From an uncultured Planctomycetales bacterium (lineage in GTDB: Bacteria; Omnitrophota; Gorgyraeia; Gygaellales; Profunditerraquicolaceae), in contig CAYIFW010000004.1 of NCBI GenBank assembly GCA_964362795.1, forward strand, positions 1 through 35,070: 35,070 nucleotides of DNA, written 5' to 3'. Below are positions 19,643-28,800 of the stretch, piece by piece (position 1 is the first letter of the stretch; each line of letters opens with the position of its first letter). The notes under the pieces are model-generated. The model did not search any database. It was not told where the DNA came from and saw only the letters and a program-made list of their open reading frames with translations. The position numbers and the translations under genes were made by a program.

Positions 19643-21141
19643 TCCTTAGACCTCACCTTAAAGATTTAAAAACAATCGGTTTTTATTTGGGTAAAATAAT
19701 TTTGGGTTTAGCTTTGACGATGCTTATTCCGATTATTATCGGATTATGTTTAGGAGAAGTAAATCCGGTTTTTGATTTTTTGATCGGTATTGAAGTATCT
19801 GTTTTGGCAGGTTGGCTTTTAATGAAGGTCTGTCGTACCGATGATGACCTTAATTGGATGCAGGGGATGATGGTAGTCAGTATCTCTTGGGTGGTGGCCA
19901 TGATTCTCGGCGCAATTCCGTTGTATCTTAGCGGCCACTGGAAATCTTTTTTGGATGCTTGTTTTGATTCGATGTCCGGATTTGCCACTACCGGATTAGT
20001 CCTGGTGCAAAATCTAGACCATCTGTCTTATACGCATAATCTTTGGCGGCATTTGATTATGTTTTTAGGTGGCCAGGGAATCGTGGTGATTGCGCTTTCT
20101 TTTTTTGTGCGCGGTTTTTCCGGGGCATTTAAGATGTATGTCGGAGAGGCCCGCGATGAAAGAATTATGCCCAACGTAATTCATACCTCTAGATTTATCT
20201 GGCTGGTCAGCATTGTTTATCTTATTTTGGGTACCCTGGCCTTGGGTATAACTGGCATCTTTAACGGGATGAAGCCGTTCAACTCGTTTTTTCACGGAGC
20301 TTGTATATTTATGGCGGCTTTTGATACCGGAGGGTTTGCTCCGCAATCGCAAAACATACTTTATTATCATAGCGCAATTTATGAGATTATTACGGTAGTA
20401 ATTATGGTCTTAGGAGCGTTTAACTTTAAATTGCATTACCATTTGTGGATGGGTAATCGTAAAGAGATTATTAAAAATATTGAAACCCGGGCGCTTTTTG
20501 CAACCATTATCGCTACTTTTGCTATTGTTGCCGTGGGCCTGGCGCAAAAAGGAAGTTACTCCGGGGCAGTAATGCTTTTTCGCAAAGGATTTTATCAACT
20601 TATTTCCGGGCATACGGGGACAGGATTTCAGACAATTTATGCACAGCAGTTTATTTTGGATTGGAATCAGTTAGCTTTATCCGGAGTAATTTTGGCGATG
20701 GCTTTAGGCGGGGCAGTATGCTCAACGACCGGGGCGATTAAAATGTTGCGCATCGGCATTCTTTTTAAAGCCTTGCAGGAGGATCTTAAAAGAATTATTA
20801 TGCCGGAAAAGGCTGTCATCATTGAAAAGTTTCATCATATTAAAGAGATCTTTCTAGAGGATAAAATCATTAGAAGCGCTTTAACCATTACTTTGGCCTA
20901 TATTATTTTGTATGGATTAGGCGCTTTAGTCGGAATGTTCTATGGCTATCCTTTTCTGGAATCGCTTTTTGAATCCACATCGGCAGCTGCTAATGTTGGT
21001 TTATCCTGCGGAATTACCGCCTTAACTATGCCGGCAGTATTAAAAATTACTTATATTATCCAGATGTGGGCAGGCCGCCTGGAGTTTATGTCGGTATTTG
21101 CTATAATCGGATTTATTGTCGCGACAATTAAAGGAAAATGA
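19639..21141 (+). CDS. trkH: TrkH family K+ transporter
   Basis: Polytopic; four pore-loop motifs SGFATTG, FDTGGF, HTGTGF, ANVGLS; C-terminal MWAGRLE. Confidence 0.95.
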   Translation: MILRPHLKDLKTIGFYLGKIILGLALTMLIPIIIGLCLGEVNPVFDFLIGIEVSVLAGWLLMKVCRTDDDLNWMQGMMVVSISWVVAMILGAIPLYLSGHWKSFLDACFDSMSGFATTGLVLVQNLDHLSYTHNLWRHLIMFLGGQGIVVIALSFFVRGFSGAFKMYVGEARDERIMPNVIHTSRFIWLVSIVYLILGTLALGITGIFNGMKPFNSFFHGACIFMAAFDTGGFAPQSQNILYYHSAIYEIITVVIMVLGAFNFKLHYHLWMGNRKEIIKNIETRALFATIIATFAIVAVGLAQKGSYSGAVMLFRKGFYQLISGHTGTGFQTIYAQQFILDWNQLALSGVILAMALGGAVCSTTGAIKMLRIGILFKALQEDLKRIIMPEKAVIIEKFHHIKEIFLEDKIIRSALTITLAYIILYGLGALVGMFYGYPFLESLFESTSAAANVGLSCGITALTMPAVLKITYIIQMWAGRLEFMSVFAIIGFIVATIKGK

Positions 21142-21626
21142 GAAATAATTTTAAACCATTTTTAATAATTTCAGGTTTTATTTTAATTTTTGTTCCGCAT
21201 CTTGCTTTTTCCCAAGGGTTAAGCAGTAATGAACTGCTTAAGAATGCTAAGCAATATGACGGTAAATCAATTATTTATTCCGGGGAAGTTATCGGGGATG
21301 TAATGAGCCGCGGTGAGTTTGCCTGGGCGAATATAAACGACGGCGATAATGCCATCGGTGTTTGGATGGGCGCGGCTTTAGCCAAAGAAATAAATTTTAC
21401 GGGTGATTATAAAACCCGTGGGGATGTTCTGGAGATACGCGCAGAGTTCCATCGCGCCTGCGCAGAGCATGGCGGAGACCTGGATATTCACGCTCAAACA
21501 TTACGTAAAATTACTAGCGGCGAGCGGACTGGGCATAAAGTCGATTTCTTTAAAATCAAATTAATTCTTATTTTATTAGGGGTGTTATTTTTAGTATGGA
21601 TATTAAGCTTATTCAGGCGCAAATAG
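21138..21626 (+). CDS. Exported, C-terminally anchored putative OB-fold protein
   Basis: Signal peptide (..LAFSQ), YDGKSIIYSGEVIGD, HGGDLDIHA, C-terminal TM plus RRK; overlaps the trkH stop. Fold is inferred. Confidence 0.7.
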   Translation: MRNNFKPFLIISGFILIFVPHLAFSQGLSSNELLKNAKQYDGKSIIYSGEVIGDVMSRGEFAWANINDGDNAIGVWMGAALAKEINFTGDYKTRGDVLEIRAEFHRACAEHGGDLDIHAQTLRKITSGERTGHKVDFFKIKLILILLGVLFLVWILSLFRRK

Positions 21627-22609
21627 ATATTGATTTAGCCGGTGTTGATTCTTTAGAAGCTTTGGAGGAACTGCGGGTTAGATATTTGGGCAGGAAAGGA
21701 CTGTTGGCAGAGCTGACCGGCTCAATACCTACCCTTCCGGTTGAGCAGCGCGGCCCTTTTGGTAAAGAGGCAAATGTTTTAAAAACTAAACTTTTAGATT
21801 TTATTGAAGCCAGGGAGAAAGTTTTAAAAAATAGCGTTGGTGTTGTAGAAAAAGAAAATTTAGACGTTGGCATGCCCGGGATCGCCCAGGAATTAGGCGG
21901 CATTCATCCGATTACTCAGATTATTGATGAGATTTGCGCGATATTTACGCGTATGGGTTTTTCGGTGGTTCAGGGCCCGGAAATTGAAACTGAATATAAT
22001 AATTTTACCGGTTTAAACATTCCGCTGGAACATCCTTCGCGGGATGCCTTTGATACATTTTATTTAAAAAATTATTCCAAATTTCTTTTGCGTAGCCATA
22101 CCTCTCCGGTGCAGGTCCGGGCGATGAAAGCGCATAAGCCGCCGTTAGCCATCGTGGTTCCGGGCAGGGTGTATCGGCCGGATGCCGTAGATGCTAGCCA
22201 CCTGTTTATGTTTCATCAAATCGAAGGGATTCTGGTTGATGAAAACATCAAGTTCTCCGATTTAAAAGGTATTTTAGATATTTTCCTTAAAAGTGTTTTT
22301 GGGCAGGAAATTAAAATGCGCTTTCGGCCGCATTTTTTCCCTTTTACCGAGCCATCCGTGGAAGTAGATATCTCTTGTATTATCTGTAAAGGTAAAGGTT
22401 GTTCTGTCTGCGGTAGAAAAGGCTGGTTGGAGATCTTAGGTGCAGGTTTAATCCATCCGAATGTTTTTAAGCAGGTGGGGATTGATTCAAAAAAATATAC
22501 CGGATTTGCTTTTGGCATGGGAGTAGAGAGAATCGCCATGTTAAAATACGGGATTAATGATATAAGATTATTTTTTGAGAATGATTTAAGATTTTTAAAA
22601 CAATTTTAA
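21596..22609 (+). CDS. pheS: Phenylalanyl-tRNA synthetase alpha subunit
   Basis: HPSRDAFDTFY, LLRSHTSPVQ, FHQIEG, FPFTEPS, GFAFGMGVER. Confidence 0.99.
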   Translation: MDIKLIQAQIDIDLAGVDSLEALEELRVRYLGRKGLLAELTGSIPTLPVEQRGPFGKEANVLKTKLLDFIEAREKVLKNSVGVVEKENLDVGMPGIAQELGGIHPITQIIDEICAIFTRMGFSVVQGPEIETEYNNFTGLNIPLEHPSRDAFDTFYLKNYSKFLLRSHTSPVQVRAMKAHKPPLAIVVPGRVYRPDAVDASHLFMFHQIEGILVDENIKFSDLKGILDIFLKSVFGQEIKMRFRPHFFPFTEPSVEVDISCIICKGKGCSVCGRKGWLEILGAGLIHPNVFKQVGIDSKKYTGFAFGMGVERIAMLKYGINDIRLFFENDLRFLKQF

Positions 22610-22616
22610 AAACCTG

Positions 22617-22665
22617 CCCCGTTACAAACTTTTGTAATGGGGGTTTATTGGAGGTTGTAACGGGG
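22617..22665. repeat. CCCCGTTACAA..TTGTAACGGGG palindromic element overlapping the pheT RBS and start
   Basis: Arms 22617-22627 and 22655-22665; an extra internal arm TTGTAATGGGG at 22632-22642. Confidence 0.85.
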
Positions 22666-24695
22666 TGAAAGTTACCTATAGTTGGTTAAAAGATTTTCTG
22701 GATTTAAAAATTCCTCCGGCAGAGTTGGCAGAGAAGCTGACTATGGCCGGCCTGGAGGTGGTTTCTTGGGAGGAATTTGGCGGAGATTTTGTTTTTGAGA
22801 TTGAAATCACCTCTAACCGTCCTGACTGGTTAAGCGTTCTGGGGATAGCCCGCGAGGTTAGCGCGATTTGTGGTTTAAAACTTAAAAATTCCCAGCCTAA
22901 AGAGACAAAGATTAAAATCCAGGAAAAGCTGCCTTTAAAAATTTCCGTGAATGCAAAATCCGACTGTCCGTTTTACAGCGGTAGAATAATTTATGATGTT
23001 CAGGTGAGGCCATCCCCGGAGTGGCTTAAAAAAAGATTAGAATCTCTCGGCTGCCGCGCGGTAAATAACATTGTCGATATTACTAATTATGTTTTATTTT
23101 TGACCGGCCAGCCGTTGCACGCTTTTGATTTGGATGTATTTTGCCAGAAAGAAATTAATGTCCGGCGGGCGAATAAAGATGAAAAAATTATTACTATTGA
23201 TGGACAGCAGAAGACGTTGGATTCGGAAGTTTTAGTGATTGCCGATTCTGTTAAGCCGGTAGCTATCGCTGGAATTATGGGAGGTAAAGATACTGAGGTT
23301 ACATTTAAAACGCGCAATATTTTACTGGAATCGGCGGTATTTAATCCGATACTTGTGCGCCGGGCCAAACAAAAATTAGGCTTGCAGTCTGAGTCAGCTT
23401 ATAGATTTGAAAGGGGAGTAGATTTTGCAACTGCTAAGACCGCATCCATCACCGCCCAAGAGTTAATCTTGAAATTAGCCGGAGGCAGGCCCGGTATTTA
23501 TAAAAGTATAGGGTCATTAAAATTAGCCAGTTTCGTAATTAATCTTGATACAACTTATGTTAATAAAGTATTGGGTGTAACTATTCCCGTTATTAAAATT
23601 AAGCAAATTTTAACTAGGTTAGGGTTGCAGGTGAAAGCTAAATCAAAAAACATTTTGTCGGTTAAGATTTCCGGTTTTCGCCAGGATCTTTTGTTGCCAA
23701 TAGACCTGGTTGAAGAGATTGCCCGGATTTATGGTTATGCTAAGATCCTTAAGACTATTCCGGCGATTCGGCCGGGAAAAAATATTTCCGATGTTAGAGA
23801 TATTATCCGCGGGTTTAAGAATATTTTAAGTAGTTTAGGTCTGTATGAAGTAATTACTTATAGCTTAGTTGACCGGGCCCTGTTGACCAAATCAGGAATT
23901 AATCCGGATAAAAAATTAATTGAAATTTTAAATCCTTTAAGCCGTGAGCAAGAGGTTTTGCGTTCGACACTTTTGCCCAGCCTGATTCGCTGCCTGGCGC
24001 ATAATTTAGACCAGCAGCAGGAAAATATAAAAATTTTTGAAATCGCTGATGTTTTTAGCGATAAAAATAATTCTGCCAATGAGGAACCTTGTTTGGGCCT
24101 GGCTTTATGCGGGGTTAATTCATTTCTCATGAAGCAGGGGCTGGTTAAAGATGAAGTAACTTTGTTGCACTTAAAAGGCATCCTAGGTATCTTGTTTAAT
24201 AAGTTGGGGATAAGGGGTTTTGATTTCCTGCGCCAGGATGAGCATAAGATAAAGATTATGATTGGCCAGGAGGAAGCCGGTTTTATGTTGGATTTAAGCC
24301 GGCAAGCCCGGGATGCTTTTGACATTAAAAACAGGCGGGTGGTTTTGGCAGAGATTAATCTGGGAAAATTATTTAGTTATATAAATTTAAACAAAAAATT
24401 TACTAATATTCCCAAATTTCCGGCAATTACCAGGGATATCAGTTTTGTAGTTAAAAATGATATCTCCGCCAAGGACCTGCTTTTGGCGATAGAGGAAAGC
24501 GGGGTTCCCTTATTGCAGCAGGCTAGAGTGGCAGATTATTACCAGGGCAAACAGATTCCGCCAGGTTTTAAAGGTTTGACCCTATCTTGCATTTATCGCC
24601 TGGATGAACGCACGCTCACCGAAGAAGAAGTTAGCCCTCTGCATAACAAGATCTGCTCTTTATTAAAAGAGCGTTTTGAGGTAAATTTTCGTTAA
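22665..24695 (+). CDS. pheT: Phenylalanyl-tRNA synthetase beta subunit (short form lacking the B2 OB domain)
   Basis: MKVTYSWL, EITSNRPD at about residue 47, NNIVDITNY, RFERGVD, DLVEEIARIYGY, C-terminal anticodon-binding domain. Confidence 0.98.
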   Translation: MKVTYSWLKDFLDLKIPPAELAEKLTMAGLEVVSWEEFGGDFVFEIEITSNRPDWLSVLGIAREVSAICGLKLKNSQPKETKIKIQEKLPLKISVNAKSDCPFYSGRIIYDVQVRPSPEWLKKRLESLGCRAVNNIVDITNYVLFLTGQPLHAFDLDVFCQKEINVRRANKDEKIITIDGQQKTLDSEVLVIADSVKPVAIAGIMGGKDTEVTFKTRNILLESAVFNPILVRRAKQKLGLQSESAYRFERGVDFATAKTASITAQELILKLAGGRPGIYKSIGSLKLASFVINLDTTYVNKVLGVTIPVIKIKQILTRLGLQVKAKSKNILSVKISGFRQDLLLPIDLVEEIARIYGYAKILKTIPAIRPGKNISDVRDIIRGFKNILSSLGLYEVITYSLVDRALLTKSGINPDKKLIEILNPLSREQEVLRSTLLPSLIRCLAHNLDQQQENIKIFEIADVFSDKNNSANEEPCLGLALCGVNSFLMKQGLVKDEVTLLHLKGILGILFNKLGIRGFDFLRQDEHKIKIMIGQEEAGFMLDLSRQARDAFDIKNRRVVLAEINLGKLFSYINLNKKFTNIPKFPAITRDISFVVKNDISAKDLLLAIEESGVPLLQQARVADYYQGKQIPPGFKGLTLSCIYRLDERTLTEEEVSPLHNKICSLLKERFEVNFR

Positions 24696-24697
24696 GG

Positions 24698-24726
24698 TTG
24701 ATTTTACCGTTTTTATATGTTAAACT
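24698..24726 (+). promoter_or_regulatory. Putative promoter of 6S RNA
   Basis: TTGATT-N17-TAAACT with TGn, 6 nt before the RNA 5' stem. Confidence 0.6.
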
Positions 24727-24732
24727 ATATTT

Positions 24733-24887
24733 GTCCCTGCGGTGCAGGTTGGAAAACTGATAATTGTTGAACCAACAAAATCTTCAAGGGAGCCCATAAT
24801 TTTTTAGGCACTTGTGTCTAAGAAGAGGGATCCCACCTGAAACCAAATCGGTTCAGAATATCTTTCCAACGGCACATTTGCGGGGAT
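24733..24887 (+). ncRNA. ssrS: 6S RNA
   Basis: Closing stem GTCCCTGCGG-TGC/GCAC-ATTTGCGGGGAT; inner helices GTTGGAAA/TTTCCAAC and TGAACC/GGTTCA; central bubble with GGGAGCCC and CCCACCTG; located after pheT and upstream of the 5-FCL/rny block. Confidence 0.85.
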
Positions 24888-24991
24888 TTTTTTATTCTAA
24901 CTCAGCCTGCCATAGGTATTTTAAATTTCCTATTTCTTAAAATTTGAGTATAATGGAGTGTATTGACCACTAATAAATATAGGTAGGAAAA

Positions 24992-25861
24992 ATGATGCTG
25001 GCTTTGCAAATATTGGTAGTTTTAAGTATCGGGATGGTAATTTACGCGGTTTGGGGAATATTTTCTCCGGCAAAATCTATTACCGGTAAAAAGAGAATAA
25101 ACGAGAATCCGCTATTTCCCTCTGCAGATATCGGCAAGGAGCAGAAAATACAGAGATTGCAGAATGATTTAATTCAACTTAAAGATGCTCTAAGTAAACT
25201 AAATGCAGAATATACCGAGGTAAAATCTGCACTCGTGGTTTCCAAGGGAAATGAAGCTAAACTAACCGATGAACTTAAGCGCCGAGGTGAGTGGGTAGCT
25301 AAGGCAGAAGCAGAGTTAACTAAGATAAAATCCGAAGATTCGGATTTAAGCTCTAAATTCGCGCTTAAAGAAAAAGAGTTGCAGGAAGAGTTTGCTAAAA
25401 ATGTAAACTTAACGCGCCTGATGCGTGATTTAAAAACAGCGCTGGATGAAAAAGAAATGGCTTGCCGGCTCAAAGAGGATCAGGTTCAGGCGCAAAAACA
25501 TCAAATTGAAGAGCAGCTCAAAAGTGTTAAAAATCATTCAGACACTATCGCCGAGTTTAACCGCAAAGAGAAGATCAGCGAATGGGTGCCGAAGACAGAA
25601 TTTAACAAATTAAATGAAGAATATTCGCAGCTGGAAAAGGACTTGGAGGCGGCTCAGGAAAGATTGAAAAGTTTTGCCGAAGAAATCGCGCACCTGCGCA
25701 AAGAAGCTAAACTTGTTGAGCAGTCAAAACAGATAGAGGAGATTAAAAAAATAGAAGACCCTAAGCTGATAGAAGAAGCCAAGCTGGAAGAAATAAAATC
25801 TGGGGAAGAAAATATTGATAAACCGCAAGAACAGAATAATGAAAAAGAGGAGGGGAAATAG
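24992..25861 (+). CDS. Hypothetical protein: N-terminal TM anchor plus long coiled coil
   Basis: Hydrophobic residues 1-25, then E/K/L/Q-rich heptads; AGG-rich RBS. Confidence 0.8.
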   Translation: MMLALQILVVLSIGMVIYAVWGIFSPAKSITGKKRINENPLFPSADIGKEQKIQRLQNDLIQLKDALSKLNAEYTEVKSALVVSKGNEAKLTDELKRRGEWVAKAEAELTKIKSEDSDLSSKFALKEKELQEEFAKNVNLTRLMRDLKTALDEKEMACRLKEDQVQAQKHQIEEQLKSVKNHSDTIAEFNRKEKISEWVPKTEFNKLNEEYSQLEKDLEAAQERLKSFAEEIAHLRKEAKLVEQSKQIEEIKKIEDPKLIEEAKLEEIKSGEENIDKPQEQNNEKEEGK

Positions 25862-25867
25862 ATTGCG

Positions 25868-26410
25868 ATGAAAAATAAAATAGGGATATTAGCATTAATC
25901 TTAGGTTTAACTTTTTACTGCGGAGGGATTTTAGCTATGGCAGAAACAATTGTAGTTTTAGAGACTAATCAAGGAAATATCGAGCTTAAACTTAAAACTG
26001 ATATTGCGCCCAAAACTTGTGAGAATTTCACCAAATTAGTCCAAAAAGGTTATTATGATGGCCTGATTTTTCACCGGGTAATCAAAGGTTTCATGATCCA
26101 GGGTGGAGATCCTACGGGCACCGGAACAGGCGGAGAATCGATTTGGGGAAAACCTTTTGAAGACGAAGTAACCCCTGTGGCAAAATTCGATGGACCGGGA
26201 ATTCTAGCCATGGCTAATGCCGGCCCGAGCACTAACGGAAGCCAGTTTTTTATTACTTGTGCCGCCACTCCTTGGTTAAATATGCGGCATACTATATTTG
26301 GCGAGGTGGTTGCGGGTTTAGATATTATGCAAAAGATTGAAAATACTCCGGTTGGCTCTGGTGACCGGCCGATTGCACAGCAGAAAATTATTCGCGCATA
26401 TCTAAAATAA
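25868..26410 (+). CDS. Cyclophilin-type peptidyl-prolyl isomerase with signal peptide
   Basis: APKTCENF, FHRVIKGFMIQGGDP, LAMANAGPSTNGSQFFIT. Confidence 0.97.
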   Translation: MKNKIGILALILGLTFYCGGILAMAETIVVLETNQGNIELKLKTDIAPKTCENFTKLVQKGYYDGLIFHRVIKGFMIQGGDPTGTGTGGESIWGKPFEDEVTPVAKFDGPGILAMANAGPSTNGSQFFITCAATPWLNMRHTIFGEVVAGLDIMQKIENTPVGSGDRPIAQQKIIRAYLK

Positions 26411-26428
26411 TAAAAACTTTAAACTTTC

Positions 26429-26520
26429 CACCCCGCGCCGAGAGGAATTGCGCAGGTGTTATATCCACCCTTACACCCGATGCTAATTGGAATTGCGTCG
26501 GTGTTATATTCGTATATAAC
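26429..26520. repeat. Two-hairpin intergenic repeat: degenerate copy plus copy 2
   Basis: CACCCCGCGCCGAGAGGAATTGCGCAGGTGTTATATC (26429-26465) and TACACCCGATGCTAATTGGAATTGCGTCGGTGTTATATTCGTATATAAC (26472-26520). Confidence 0.88.
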
Positions 26521-26550
26521 AAAAAGGGCCCTATTCTTAGGGCTCTTTTT
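26521..26550. terminator. Bidirectional intrinsic terminator
   Basis: AAAAAGGGCCCTA-TTCT-TAGGGCTCTTTTT, with T tracts on both strands. Confidence 0.85.
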
Positions 26551-26620
26551 GGAGGAGATAATCCTCGATGGCTTGCGCTATCCTTATCCTCCGTTTCAGT
26601 TAACAAAAAAGGTTGATTAA

Positions 26621-26636
26621 AGCATGCCATATGCCA
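26621..26636 (-). promoter_or_regulatory. Putative sigma54 (-24/-12) promoter
   Basis: Minus strand TGGCATATGGCATGCT, with exact GG-N10-GC spacing. Confidence 0.55.
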
Positions 26637-26686
26637 ATTAAATTTCAAGGGTATTTTAGGAGTTTGGCGAAAACGCTTTCAAAATT

Positions 26687-28714
26687 ATGAAAAAAATAAA
26701 TTATCAGCAGGAATTAAATCCCGCGCAACTTCAAGCTGTGGAGTCTATCGGCGGCCCGCATTTGGTCATTGCCGGAGCCGGTAGTGGAAAAACCCGGGTT
26801 TTAGTGCACCGGGTGGCTTATTTAGTGGAGCAGGGAGTAATGCCGGAGCATATTTTATTGCTTACTTTTACTCGCCGGGCAGCCGAAGAGATGCTGCGGC
26901 GGGCGAGCATTCTTTTAGATGAGCGCTGCAAAAATGTTGCCGGCGGGACATTTCATTCTTTTGCCAATATGATTTTAAGGAAATACGCTAAACTTCTAGA
27001 ATTGAACAATAATTTTACGATTTTAGATACAGCGGATGCCGAAGACGCCCTGAATTTAGTACGCACACAATTGGGTTTTCATAAATCTGAGAAACGCTTC
27101 CCGCGCAAACACGCCATTTTAGAAGCTATCTCTAAAAGTATAAACAAATCCGTAGATATTGCTGATGTGCTTTATGATGAATACCCGCAATTTATAGAGT
27201 TTACTGAAGAGATTAAAAAAATTCGCCAGGAGTATAATAAATACAAGCGCCAAAAATCGCTTCTGGATTATGACGACCTGTTGGTTTACTTAAAAAACCT
27301 TTTAACTAAACATGAACAGGTGCGCGCGAGCTTAGCGGCAAAATATAAATACATTATGGTCGATGAATATCAAGATACTAACAAGCTGCAGGCGCATATT
27401 GCCTGCCTCTTGGCGGCGGATCATACCAACATCATGGTGGTGGGCGATGACGCCCAGAGTATTTATTCCTTCCGCGGGGCAAATTTCAAGAACATTATTG
27501 ATTTCCCTAAGATATTCCCAGGAACTAAGATTATTACTTTGGAGGAAAACTATCGCTCGACCCAACCGATTCTAAATTTAACTAACGCGGTGATTGCCCG
27601 GGCTAAAGAAAAATTTGAGAAAAACCTTTATACCAAGAAAAAAGACGGCAACAACCCGGTTTTTATCGACTGTCCCGACGAGAATTCGCAATCGGCTTGG
27701 GTGGCGGATAAAATCCTGGAATTAAGAGAGGAGGGGGTTGCTTTAAAAGATATCGCCGTGCTTTTCCGTTCGGGTTGGCATTCTAATGACCTGGAGATTG
27801 AATTATCCGCCCGGAATCTCCCTTTTGTAAAATACGGCGGGCAAAAATTCGTCGAAGCTTCGCATATCAAAGACGTGCTGAGTTATTTACGCGTTAGCTA
27901 TAATACCGCTGATCTGGTGAGCTGGTTGCGCGCGCTTTTATTGATTCCTAAAATCGGCCCAAAAACCGCCTCAAGAATTATCCAGGCGCTTGTGGATAAA
28001 AGCGGCCTTAAAGAACTGCTGGACAAAAACCGCCAGCTTAAAGAATTATTTGAATTATTAAAAGAACTGAATTGCCAGAAAGATGAGCCGGCAAAAATTA
28101 TTGAAAAAATTTTGCCGTATTATCAGCCGTTATTAAAAATTAAGTATGATGATTTTAATAAGCGCTTAAATGACCTGGACTCACTTTTACGTATCGCCGA
28201 GCGTTATAAAACAGTGGAACAGTTTTTGGTGGATATGGCTCTAGAACCACCGGAGAGAATGTTTTTGGAGGCCGCTAAGAAAGATAGATCTGATGCGCCA
28301 CTTACTCTTTCAACCATACATTCGGCAAAGGGACTGGAATGGCATACGGTATTTATAATTTATGTTGCCGAAGGGCACCTGCCTTCGTATCTGTCATTAG
28401 AAACCGAGGATGAGATTGAGGAGGAGCGCCGGCTATTTTATGTTGGCTCAACCCGGGCCAAAATAAATTTATTTTTATTAAAACCGCATATTGACCGTTC
28501 TCCGCGAAGTTTTATGGATGGCGGTGGATCGGTTTTTACGCAAGTTTCCCGGTTTCTGGAGCAGGGAAATTTACTGGATAAGTTTGTTGATGTGCAAAGC
28601 GCTGGCCCAACAGATGAACTGGACGATGTCGGGTTAGAGGATATCATCGGGGAGAATAAAAATCGGAATAAAGCCTTCTTTGAAACTATTGAAGAATATT
28701 TTCGCGATGAATAA
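26687..28714 (+). CDS. UvrD/PcrA-family SF1 helicase
   Basis: LNPAQ, IAGAGSGKT, VDEYQDTN, VGDDAQSIYSFRGA, NYRS, STIHSAKGLEW, EEERRLFYV; acidic tail. Confidence 0.95.
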   Translation: MKKINYQQELNPAQLQAVESIGGPHLVIAGAGSGKTRVLVHRVAYLVEQGVMPEHILLLTFTRRAAEEMLRRASILLDERCKNVAGGTFHSFANMILRKYAKLLELNNNFTILDTADAEDALNLVRTQLGFHKSEKRFPRKHAILEAISKSINKSVDIADVLYDEYPQFIEFTEEIKKIRQEYNKYKRQKSLLDYDDLLVYLKNLLTKHEQVRASLAAKYKYIMVDEYQDTNKLQAHIACLLAADHTNIMVVGDDAQSIYSFRGANFKNIIDFPKIFPGTKIITLEENYRSTQPILNLTNAVIARAKEKFEKNLYTKKKDGNNPVFIDCPDENSQSAWVADKILELREEGVALKDIAVLFRSGWHSNDLEIELSARNLPFVKYGGQKFVEASHIKDVLSYLRVSYNTADLVSWLRALLLIPKIGPKTASRIIQALVDKSGLKELLDKNRQLKELFELLKELNCQKDEPAKIIEKILPYYQPLLKIKYDDFNKRLNDLDSLLRIAERYKTVEQFLVDMALEPPERMFLEAAKKDRSDAPLTLSTIHSAKGLEWHTVFIIYVAEGHLPSYLSLETEDEIEEERRLFYVGSTRAKINLFLLKPHIDRSPRSFMDGGGSVFTQVSRFLEQGNLLDKFVDVQSAGPTDELDDVGLEDIIGENKNRNKAFFETIEEYFRDE

Positions 28715-28747
28715 CGCGCCTGTCTTGTCTTGTTCTTCGCAGGCGTG
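28715..28747 (+). terminator. Hairpin after helicase (weak terminator or palindromic element)
   Basis: CGCGCCTG..CAGGCGTG with a 17-nt loop and no immediate U tract. Confidence 0.35.
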
Positions 28748-28764
28748 AAACCCTTTATTTTGTC

Positions 28765-28793
28765 TTGAGATAGGGAAAAATTTGTGTTAGAAT
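28765..28793 (+). promoter_or_regulatory. Putative sigma70 promoter giving a leaderless transcript
   Basis: TTGAGA-N17-TAGAAT with TGn; ATG lies 7 nt after the -10. Confidence 0.65.
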
Positions 28794-28800
28794 TTTTAGT

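Noticed and set aside
26429-26520. CRISPR array
   Set aside because: Only two divergent units with a gap under 10 nt and no cas genes.
26551-26603. Plus-strand micro-ORF MACAILILRFS after GGAGGAG
   Set aside because: 11 codons, directly after a terminator with no evident promoter; cannot be told from chance.
27991-27999. Perfect DnaA box inside the helicase gene
   Set aside because: Single isolated 9-mer in coding sequence, plausible by chance.
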